NCBI GenBank assembly: GCA_022451235.1 | Contig: JAKUOA010000001.1 | Location: forward strand, 40,401-104,400 | Direction: 5' to 3' | DNA length: 64,000 bases | Source: Candidatus Thalassarchaeum sp. | GTDB taxonomy: Archaea > Thermoplasmatota > Poseidoniia > Poseidoniales > Thalassarchaeaceae | Shown: positions 34,079-41,378 of the stretch, in pieces | Layout of the letters: each line of letters opens with the position of its first letter | How positions within the stretch are numbered: position 1 is the stretch's first letter | Notes under the pieces: generated by a model | What the model was told of the DNA's origin: nothing | The model's database searches: none | The model's input: only the letters and a program-made list of their open reading frames with translations | Position numbers and translations under genes: made by a program

Positions 34079-36175
34079 TTATATCGATTCTTGCAAGAAT
34101 GAATAGGCTCCGGGTACAACACTTACCACCTCAGATAGCAAGCCAAGATGTTCTTGTGAATTTGTTCTAACAATCCCTGTACCATCGAGTATATTGTTTA
34201 GAATTTCATCACCACAGATTTCCCTATTATTATCTGAATTTACCTTGTGTGTAGAAATATCGTAACAACCAGTATATGTTCCAAATCCGGGTCTAGAATA
34301 ATTCTCTAGATACATCTGATAATTCAAAGTAACTAAGGCGTTGAGAATAGCGGCTCTACTTCTAGAATCAAGAGTCGAAGGGTTGTACATTACAGATTCA
34401 CTTGGAGACACACCGACTTGACCCAAAGATAGGTACTGGTCAATTTCCATGCACCAATCTTGATTTTCTTGTTCTTCTTGATTACAATTTTCTTCTAGTG
34501 CATCTTCTCCGACGAATGCTATTTCACTTACATTTTCGGATAGGCAGCTAATCGCACCTACCTCTCCCGCAGGGGTGCTTGAAGATGAAAGAAGAGATGA
34601 TTGATTTCCAAAATAGCCGCGTATTGTTTCGATAATCTCGACATTTTCTTGATTAGGCGAATAATACTCATTTTCAATTAGATAATGAATAGGAAGAATT
34701 GTGTGAATTGGAGATTGAGAACCGGTGAAGCAAGACACTCTTCCCTGCATCATTGCAAATGGATCGGTGCTAGATTCATTGTCTGAACTTGCGGTAGCCA
34801 ATTCTCCTAAATTTGAGACTAAGGCCATAGAATACCGCTGAGTCAATTGATCTTTGTTTTGTATGGCTCCTAGAACTGATAGATTATGTAATTTCCATCC
34901 AATTAACGAAGAAGATGAAGGAAGAAATCCAATATGAGCCTCGCCTGTTTCAATTGATTCAATCATTTCTGATTGAGAATTAACATAGTGAATTGAAACA
35001 TTAATTCCTAATTCTATGGATAAAAATTCGGCTAAATGGATCGGGTCACTATTGGTTTCTAATTTTGATTCATCTAGTTCAAATGCAACAATTAATTCTT
35101 CTATTGTTATTGTTATTGATTGACTTCCATTATCGGTATAATAAGCTGAAATCCCAGGGATATTCGAAACCAGAGGCGTGTATATACCAAGATGAGATTC
35201 AGAATCTGTAGAAACTACACCCTTTGTCCCTAGTGTGTTGTAGAGAATTTCGCTGTAATCCTCGTTTGAACTAAAGTCAATTAGAAAATCCGTAAGTTCA
35301 CTGATTACTAAATCATCATCAAAATTAGAATGAGTCATGAAAACATCACTGGGGGTCTTAGCGAATGGTTCGAGAGAAACATATCTCGAGGCATCCAAAC
35401 ACCATTCTTCGACATTATTTCCATTTTCTGTGGTGCAGTATTGAGAGACCGTGTTATCCTTCGCAAATGCAACCTCACCGGAACCATCTGAAAGACATCT
35501 TAGAGCCCCTGAAAATCCATAGTACTGTGTGCCAGGTTCCGGAATTGATGAGTTTTCGTTAAAGAATTGAAAAATTGTATTTCTTAGAGATTCGATATCA
35601 TTTGGATCGCCAATTACATTTGCATACCCCAATCCAAGGAAGAATCCCATTGGAACCATCATTCCTGTTGAGTGTAACCAACCCGTATGGCAGGAAGTTT
35701 TGCCTTGCATCAGTGAGAATGGATTTGTTAGCGGATCATCGTCAAAATATGCTTCTGCGATATCGCTATCGTCGAGAACCCAAGCGAGAGAATTGTAGTA
35801 TGTCCTGCCGTCTGATTTTTGGTCCGCTGCAAAAGCCTGCAAACCGTATTGATTCCACCCAATCCAAGCAGCACCGCTATCCATTAGAGCGATGTCGGCA
35901 TTTCCAAACCTTAGTGCCTCGAGTATCGCTGCTTCTGAATCAACGGCATATATTGTAAAATCAAATCTACTGTTTTGGGTAAGAATTTCTGCCAGCATCT
36001 CAGGATTAGTTTCTGACTCAAGCATACCTTCGGACACTTCGAATGCCAGAACAATGGGAGTTCTTGTTTGATTATTTGATTCTTCAGAATCACTCAAGCA
36101 ACCAGAGAGAGTGCTAGAAAGCAGGATAATGGTATAACAAATGACCAGTATTTTGTAATGTCTTTTTGTCGGCAT
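34079..36175 (-). CDS. Bilobal transferrin-family lipoprotein in the substrate-binding (phnD) position of the ABC operon
   Basis: Lipobox-like LSGCLSD. Lobe 1 has ALMDSGAAW, RTYYNSLAWV, QGKTSCHTGWLHSTGMMVPMGF and YYGFSGALRCLSDGSGEVAFAKD. These correspond to transferrin blocks LDAG, [28 protein letters not shown] and [19 protein letters not shown]. Lobe 2 repeats the fold with degenerate motifs (QGRVSCFTGSQSP, GAISCLSENVSEIAFVGED). Confidence 0.75.
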   Translation of the reverse strand: MPTKRHYKILVICYTIILLSSTLSGCLSDSEESNNQTRTPIVLAFEVSEGMLESETNPEMLAEILTQNSRFDFTIYAVDSEAAILEALRFGNADIALMDSGAAWIGWNQYGLQAFAADQKSDGRTYYNSLAWVLDDSDIAEAYFDDDPLTNPFSLMQGKTSCHTGWLHSTGMMVPMGFFLGLGYANVIGDPNDIESLRNTIFQFFNENSSIPEPGTQYYGFSGALRCLSDGSGEVAFAKDNTVSQYCTTENGNNVEEWCLDASRYVSLEPFAKTPSDVFMTHSNFDDDLVISELTDFLIDFSSNEDYSEILYNTLGTKGVVSTDSESHLGIYTPLVSNIPGISAYYTDNGSQSITITIEELIVAFELDESKLETNSDPIHLAEFLSIELGINVSIHYVNSQSEMIESIETGEAHIGFLPSSSSLIGWKLHNLSVLGAIQNKDQLTQRYSMALVSNLGELATASSDNESSTDPFAMMQGRVSCFTGSQSPIHTILPIHYLIENEYYSPNQENVEIIETIRGYFGNQSSLLSSSSTPAGEVGAISCLSENVSEIAFVGEDALEENCNQEEQENQDWCMEIDQYLSLGQVGVSPSESVMYNPSTLDSRSRAAILNALVTLNYQMYLENYSRPGFGTYTGCYDISTHKVNSDNNREICGDEILNNILDGTGIVRTNSQEHLGLLSEVVSVVPGAYSFLQESI

Positions 36176-36271
36176 TGATCAAAACCTCTGTCTACCCGAC
36201 TCTTGCTCAGGATGCTGATTTTTCAATGTTAGTCCTGAAGGAAATAACATAATTTTCAGTTTAATCCTGGT

Positions 36272-36340
36272 GTTGACAGGGGAACCTGTGATGTGTACAG
36301 ATTGCTCCTATGTGACGCTGTTAGAGTCCCCCCTGCCAAC
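36272..36340 (-). repeat. Long-range inverted repeat / hairpin element 1 (arms GTTGACAGGGG and CCCCTGCCAAC)
   Basis: 11-nt arms at 36272-36282 and 36330-36340. The single arm mismatch is A.C on the plus strand but a G.U wobble on the minus-strand transcript. Confidence 0.5.
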
Positions 36341-36370
36341 GGGTATTGCCAATGCTATTGGCTAAGGTTG

Positions 36371-36444
36371 TTGACAGGGGGCCTATTGCGTTCGAATACG
36401 AAATTCGAATGTAGGTGTCAGGCGCTGATACGCCCCCTGCCAAC
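36371..36444 (-). repeat. Long-range inverted repeat / hairpin element 2, with the same arm sequences as element 1
   Basis: Arms TTGACAGGGGG (36371-36381) and CCCCCTGCCAA(C) (36433-36444). It shows the same G.U-compatible asymmetry. The loop contains an internal hairpin TTCGAAT-acgaa-ATTCGAA. Confidence 0.5.
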
Positions 36445-36473
36445 TGTTTTGTCTTATCGACTGGTTACGTACT

Positions 36474-37709
36474 TCATTGGAGAGTTCCAATGTCTTCGGC
36501 TGTGATGCCAAATGCATCCCAGACTGGCTGTAGATAGGAGCGGATATCCGCTTCGTAATCTGCTGTTGCATCTCCATCATTCTTCAGATCGAAGATTTCG
36601 AGAATCTTGTCATTGTAGTAATTAGCATACCACCCAAATGCCTCGCACTCCTCCTCTGACATACCCTCATGCTGAGCGTGTGTCACTGAATTATAGCATC
36701 CTGTGAATTCCTCTCCACTCGGATCGTTTGGAGAAGTGTAGTTCTCCAGATACATGTATGCCTCGCAGGATGCCTGTGAGCTATCCGATGAGACCGTGTG
36801 AGATACCATGTTGTAGCAGATCGAAGTGTACTCAGCGACATATGCCTCGATTACCCTGTAGAAGGCGTGACCCTCTGCCTGGTGCTTGTCATAGTCTGCA
36901 GTATCTCCAGCAGCTAGGTCGTCCGTCATCTTTGATGCGTACCTTACAGAAGCCTGTGAGTAGACGATTACAATATTCTTCAGAACCTCGTCGCGTGCGT
37001 CGACTACTCCTTGCATATCTTCATTCTGGAGTGCAGTCAAGCCAGCGTTCATTGCGGCTAGAGTAGCGATGTTTGTAGCATCACCAGTCCCAAAGTTGCC
37101 ACCTCTCTTGGCGGCGGTTGCATATGGCCCACATCCATCGTAATCATGGTTGGAATCGTCAGGACCATGGTAGAAAGCCCATCCTTCGTCCCAAGCGTGT
37201 TGAGCGTCATCGGCCCCCCAGTTTCCTGCTTCCGCCTTGATGATTGCAGCGTTGAGTTCATGGATTGCATAAGCAGTCATCACACCATTCTGGATTCCCT
37301 TTTCGACTGCTTGATCTCTGACTGTGTCAGATTCTCCCTCGAAAGGACCTGTGCCATCAATAGCTGCGGATACGAAGTCATTCCATGAGCCGTCTGCATC
37401 ATAGTATGCGTCGTAGGCGTGGTTCTTGCCGGAAGCATCTGCGAAGCCCATGAGGGTCCTGTAGGAACCGTCGGACTTCTCCGCGTGCTTTCCATCATCA
37501 TAGATATCCTTCACACCGTCCCAATCGTATGCACCAGAGAGGTCCTTAATATCGCAGACATCACCCATTAACATTCGGTGATTATCAACGTTGGAAGCAT
37601 ACGTGTATCCTCCATCTGCGTCATCAAGATCTACATCATCTCCTGCACAACCGGCAATCGCACTGCCGATTAATACTAAAGTCATCATTAAAGTCATTGT
37701 TCTATTCAT
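36474..37709 (-). CDS. Secreted lipoprotein of unknown function (helical N-terminal domain plus Cys-pair module), co-located with the transferrin-like genes
   Basis: Signal and lipobox MNRTMTLMMTLVLIGSAIAGCAGDD. Acidic, with conserved-looking AQHAWDEGWAFYHG and YDKHQAEGHAFY. The C-terminal module CYNMVSHTV...CEAY...FTGCYNSVTHAQHEGMSEEECEAF is shared with the acidic surface protein. Confidence 0.75.
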   Translation of the reverse strand: MNRTMTLMMTLVLIGSAIAGCAGDDVDLDDADGGYTYASNVDNHRMLMGDVCDIKDLSGAYDWDGVKDIYDDGKHAEKSDGSYRTLMGFADASGKNHAYDAYYDADGSWNDFVSAAIDGTGPFEGESDTVRDQAVEKGIQNGVMTAYAIHELNAAIIKAEAGNWGADDAQHAWDEGWAFYHGPDDSNHDYDGCGPYATAAKRGGNFGTGDATNIATLAAMNAGLTALQNEDMQGVVDARDEVLKNIVIVYSQASVRYASKMTDDLAAGDTADYDKHQAEGHAFYRVIEAYVAEYTSICYNMVSHTVSSDSSQASCEAYMYLENYTSPNDPSGEEFTGCYNSVTHAQHEGMSEEECEAFGWYANYYNDKILEIFDLKNDGDATADYEADIRSYLQPVWDAFGITAEDIGTLQ

Positions 37710-37711
37710 AG

Positions 37712-37727
37712 TTTAGGTCTCCCTAAA
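37712..37727. promoter_or_regulatory. Palindromic box B, TTTAGGTCTCCCTAAA, 2 nt upstream of the lipoprotein start codon
   Basis: TTTAGG-N4-CCTAAA. Lies about 18 nt downstream (minus-strand sense) of the TATA-like TTCATATA, at the expected transcription start region. Confidence 0.6.
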
Positions 37728-37755
37728 CCGGCCGGATAGCGAATCGTATATGAAA

Positions 37756-37771
37756 TTTAGGGCGCCCTAAA
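37756..37771. promoter_or_regulatory. Palindromic box C, TTTAGGGCGCCCTAAA (perfect 16-bp palindrome)
   Basis: Perfectly self-complementary. It abuts the upstream side of the TATA-like element of the lipoprotein promoter. It lies in the divergent intergenic region shared with the GDPD-like gene. Confidence 0.6.
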
Positions 37772-37863
37772 CTCTTGAATCATGCGTGGAAAATTGTCAT
37801 ATAACTGATGAGCAGTCAATTGAATTGGAGACGAGGTTTTTTACTCATTTCTATTCGTAAATA

Positions 37864-38469
37864 TTGGTTTTAGTTACAAGGAGAGGATTAGTCTTGAGGA
37901 ATTTGGGGCATAGATTGGGGGCTTCTGGTACCAAAATGGAAAATACCATTGACGGGCTTATGGATTCATTAGAACAGGTAGATAATAGAAAATTTAAGTA
38001 TTGGGAATTTGATATTAGAGAATCTTTGGATGGAATAATTTTTGTCTTTCATGATGATCAAATACTTGCAGATGGAGAATTAATCGAAACCGCCAAATTG
38101 AATTTCTCTGAAATAATGAAAGCGGGTGAGGATTTGGGGGTAAAGATACCTACATTTTCAGAAGTTGTTGAAATATTGGGTGACCGGAAAGAAGATGTCA
38201 TGGTTGAAGTGAAAGAATTGAGAACTGATGCCGCTAGAAGAACCGTAATCACTGCGATTTCTAGTAAACCAAATTGGAAACTGATGGCTACTCCAACTAG
38301 ATTCTTGGAATCTTTTCCTAGTGAATCCAGGGAGTATTGGGAGCGATTTACTCGAGATTTGGACGTAGAATTCGTTAGAGTTGGCCGCCATAAATTGGAC
38401 CTTTTCAGCGCTTCTAAATCCTATTTTAGGTGGAAATTTGCTCAATTTAAATGGTTTTTCGGGATTTAA
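37864..38469 (+). CDS. Glycerophosphodiester phosphodiesterase-like (GDPD family) protein
   Basis: GHRLGASGTKMENTIDGLMDS and YWEFDIRESLDGIIFVFHDD match the GDPD HR...EN(T/S) and E.D...DG..v.HD motifs. Short at 201 aa. TTG start, start uncertain. Confidence 0.6.
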   Translation: MVLVTRRGLVLRNLGHRLGASGTKMENTIDGLMDSLEQVDNRKFKYWEFDIRESLDGIIFVFHDDQILADGELIETAKLNFSEIMKAGEDLGVKIPTFSEVVEILGDRKEDVMVEVKELRTDAARRTVITAISSKPNWKLMATPTRFLESFPSESREYWERFTRDLDVEFVRVGRHKLDLFSASKSYFRWKFAQFKWFFGI

Positions 38470-38532
38470 TAATGATGACTATTTTGAATTAATTTTTCCT
38501 ACAATTGATTATGAACCCCATTACTCACCCTA

Positions 38533-38967
38533 ATGTTGAAGAAAATGGTCAATACTGATGAGTTAATTGTGGCGCTAAATAATGCTCTCGCTTGGGAATT
38601 GAGGGCTATTGCAATGTATGCTCACTATTCCGCATACGTTTCAGGGATTCATAGATTACAACTTTCGGTATTCTTCAATAATGAAGTAACAGAATCAATT
38701 GCGCATGCTTCAACCGTAAGATCCGCTATAGTGAAATTACACGGTAAGGCCACTACGGAGAGGGCAGAAGAGCCTATTTTACACTCAATGGACTTCCGAG
38801 ATATGTTGGAAGAGGCACACAAAACTGAGTTGAAAGCTAGCGAGACATATGGAGACATTTTACCAATGGTTGAGCAAATTGGGGATAGCGAACTTTTTGA
38901 TGCCCTGGAAGTTATTTACTTTGATGAACTGAGATCTGTAGAAGAATTGAGAATGATGCTTGGTTGA
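38533..38967 (+). CDS. Ferritin-like / bacterioferritin-Dps-like four-helix-bundle protein
   Basis: LIVALNNALAWELRAIAMYAHYSAY parallels bacterioferritin helix A (LN..L..EL.AI.QY). Later Glu/His-containing helices are NNEVTESIAHAS, LEEAHKTELKASETY and FDALEVIYFDELRSVEEL. The spacing of one E/H pair deviates from canonical ExxH. Confidence 0.55.
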   Translation: MLKKMVNTDELIVALNNALAWELRAIAMYAHYSAYVSGIHRLQLSVFFNNEVTESIAHASTVRSAIVKLHGKATTERAEEPILHSMDFRDMLEEAHKTELKASETYGDILPMVEQIGDSELFDALEVIYFDELRSVEELRMMLG

Positions 38968-38993
38968 GATTTAAACATACTATTTATCGTTAG

Positions 38994-39009
38994 TTTAGGG
39001 TGCCCTAAA
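38994..39009. promoter_or_regulatory. Palindromic box D, TTTAGGGTGCCCTAAA, upstream of the monolobal transferrin-like gene
   Basis: TTTAGG-N4-CCTAAA. Begins 5 nt downstream of the TATA-like TATTTAT (38982-38988) and ends 31 nt upstream of ATG 39040. Confidence 0.6.
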
Positions 39010-39039
39010 CATTATCAAACAAACCGATTTCGGAGATGT

Positions 39040-40110
39040 ATGGAAAAAACTAGTTGGGCTGGTTGGGCCAAAGCTAACAAAGCACTTTTGCTCGCTGGAT
39101 TAGTGCTATCTGCGACCGTATTGTATCTCATTTTCGACATTAATTACGAACAATGTGATGATCAAGATAACTGTATTACAATCGCTTTTGAGGTACAAGA
39201 TGACTATTTGTATTTTGGAAAAGAGAACCCTCAGCACTTGGCAGACAAAATGAGTGCTCTGACTGGTATGGATGTTGAAATAATGCCTGTATCGAATTCC
39301 GGCGCGATAATCGAGGCTATCAATAATGGCAATGCGGATATTGGATTTGTAGATGGAGCGGCCGCTTGGCTTGCATGGGAAGTTTACGATTTGGACGTGC
39401 TAGCGGCTGAGTGGAAATTTGATCAAAGGACGTACTATAATGCGGCAGCCTGGGTGAAAAAGGACTCTGAAATTGCAGACGCATACCTAGATGATGATCC
39501 AGATACAGACCCATTTGCTTTGATGAATGGAAAAACGTCTTGCCACACAGGATGGCTGAAAAGTGCTGGGATGTTGATTCCAATGGGATACTTGATTGGA
39601 AATGGGTATGCTGAGGTACGTGGAGATCCTGAAGAAATTACTTCACTACGAGATACAGTGACGCATTTCTTCAACGAAGATTCAAGCATACCAGACGGAG
39701 GCACTCAATATTCTGGATACAAGGGTGCAATGAAGTGTATGATGACTGATCGCGGAGACGTTGCTTTAGTCAAGGATACAGCATATATGCTCTACTGTGA
39801 CGAAAATGAGGACGGAATTGCAGATGGTCCTGATTGGTGTTTAGATAGAGATGAGCTCGTTATGCTCGAGCCATTTGGTCAAGCACCGAGTCACCCCGCT
39901 TTGTATAATCCCTCGACTATGAATGACGAAATGGTCGAACTAATTCAAAATGCATTGGTGGATATGAATAATGATGAAGAAGGTACGAAGATACTCTCCG
40001 ATGTCTTAAACACTGAAGGGATGGTTGCTACGAATGCTACTGCTCACCTAGGCACATATGGTGCGGCTGTAGAGAACGTTCCTGGAATACAAGCATTTTT
40101 CGAGGATTGA
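39040..40110 (+). CDS. Monolobal transferrin-family protein with an N-terminal membrane anchor and all four canonical Fe ligands conserved
   Basis: Blocks GFVDGAAAW (Asp), RTYYNAAAWVKKDS (Tyr), NGKTSCHTGWLKSAGMLIPMGY (anion-site Thr, with Arg replaced by Lys), QYSGYKGAMKCMMTDRGDVALVKD (Tyr) and GQAPSHPALYN (His). N-terminal TM KALLLAGLVLSATVLYLIF. Confidence 0.8.
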   Translation: MEKTSWAGWAKANKALLLAGLVLSATVLYLIFDINYEQCDDQDNCITIAFEVQDDYLYFGKENPQHLADKMSALTGMDVEIMPVSNSGAIIEAINNGNADIGFVDGAAAWLAWEVYDLDVLAAEWKFDQRTYYNAAAWVKKDSEIADAYLDDDPDTDPFALMNGKTSCHTGWLKSAGMLIPMGYLIGNGYAEVRGDPEEITSLRDTVTHFFNEDSSIPDGGTQYSGYKGAMKCMMTDRGDVALVKDTAYMLYCDENEDGIADGPDWCLDRDELVMLEPFGQAPSHPALYNPSTMNDEMVELIQNALVDMNNDEEGTKILSDVLNTEGMVATNATAHLGTYGAAVENVPGIQAFFED

Positions 40111-40156
40111 TTATAGAACACCAATTAGCGTTCTGTACCAACGTCGAGGCTTCTAA

Positions 40157-41359
40157 ATGAGAGTGACGATTCCAATCCTAATTTTGTTGATATTATCCCT
40201 ATTTGCTGGATGCTTTTCAGACGATGGAGATGATTTTGACTGGGCTGATCCCCAAACAACGAATTGCAATTTAGCTAATGACTTGACTTGTACTAATTTG
40301 TTTCCGGGGACGGGGACGCCTCATCACTCCGAAGTAAATCCTCAAACCAACGAATTATGGATAATTTATCTCAGTGGAATGGTGAAAATTTGGCAAGATG
40401 GTGAACTAATACAAGCTGGAGACCTAAGTGAAATTGTAAATAGATGCCATACAGAACAAGGATTGCTTGGATTTGCATTCGATGCTAACTATAATTCCAC
40501 CAAACAACTCTTGTTATCATATGTGGAAAAAGGGAGTTGTGAAGGAGCGAATACCGCAGATCTTGTTCTAGCATCAGTTGTTGTTACTGATGATGTGATA
40601 AATTTGGACTCGTTAATCGTCTTGAAAACCGTCGAACAGCCATACAGGAATCATAACGGGGGGCATTTACTTGGTTTGGGTAATGGAGAATACCTCTGGG
40701 GAATTGGAGATGGAGGTGGGGCTAACGACCCAGAAAAGAATGGGCAAAATTCTGAAAATTTACTAGGCACTATTGTTTACTTCCAATACTCAAACGGCGA
40801 GGTTAATCCGGTTATGGATTCAGAAAATGAAAACTCCTACATCTTGCACTATGGTTTGCGAAATCCATGGAAATTCGACGTGGGCCCTAATGAGGAACTA
40901 TGGATTGCAGATGTCGGACAAAATTGTTGGGAAGAAATTAATTTGGTAAACTTGGTAAACAAATCAAACCTTGGGTGGTCAGAAAAAGAAGGGTTCAGTG
41001 ATTTTTCCGAAGGCGGAAGTTGTGAAGGAGGGGTTATGTCTGAAAATAACGAATATACGGACCCGGTCTTTGTCTATGGTCACAATAACGGAAATTGTTC
41101 CATAACCGGAGGGTTTTGGATTGAGAATACAATAATCTCAGACCAAGGTGGTTATCTGTTTGGAGACTTTTGTTCAGGTTCGCTATGGATTCTATCCAAT
41201 GGTGTAGATCACACATGGAAAGAGACCTATCTTGGTAACGTAGGGGGACTAATTGTAGGGTTTGGAGAAGGGGCTAATGGGGAGCTTCTGGTCTTTTTCT
41301 GGACTGGAGAAATCATACAAATCACTCAATCCGCTGCCGCCGATAGCAATATCGTGTGA
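40157..41359 (+). CDS. Soluble quinoprotein glucose/sorbosone dehydrogenase-like beta-propeller lipoprotein
   Basis: Lipobox-like LSLFAGCFSDD. GSDH motifs QGLLGFAFD, YRNHNGGHLLGLGNGEYLWGIGDGGGANDP, GLRNPWKFD and ITGGF. Confidence 0.75.
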   Translation: MRVTIPILILLILSLFAGCFSDDGDDFDWADPQTTNCNLANDLTCTNLFPGTGTPHHSEVNPQTNELWIIYLSGMVKIWQDGELIQAGDLSEIVNRCHTEQGLLGFAFDANYNSTKQLLLSYVEKGSCEGANTADLVLASVVVTDDVINLDSLIVLKTVEQPYRNHNGGHLLGLGNGEYLWGIGDGGGANDPEKNGQNSENLLGTIVYFQYSNGEVNPVMDSENENSYILHYGLRNPWKFDVGPNEELWIADVGQNCWEEINLVNLVNKSNLGWSEKEGFSDFSEGGSCEGGVMSENNEYTDPVFVYGHNNGNCSITGGFWIENTIISDQGGYLFGDFCSGSLWILSNGVDHTWKETYLGNVGGLIVGFGEGANGELLVFFWTGEIIQITQSAAADSNIV

Positions 41360-41378
41360 TTCCTGCTCCAGTATTGTG

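Noticed and set aside
32398-36175. A straightforward annotation of the operon as a phosphonate (phnCDE) transporter.
   Set aside because: The binding-protein gene carries transferrin-specific blocks (CHTG anion loop, YY block, CL.DG.G.VAF.K). A paralog retains the full Asp/Tyr/Tyr/His ligand set next to a ferritin-like gene. No C-P lyase or phosphonatase genes are nearby. Phosphonate specificity is therefore not assumed, although it is not excluded.
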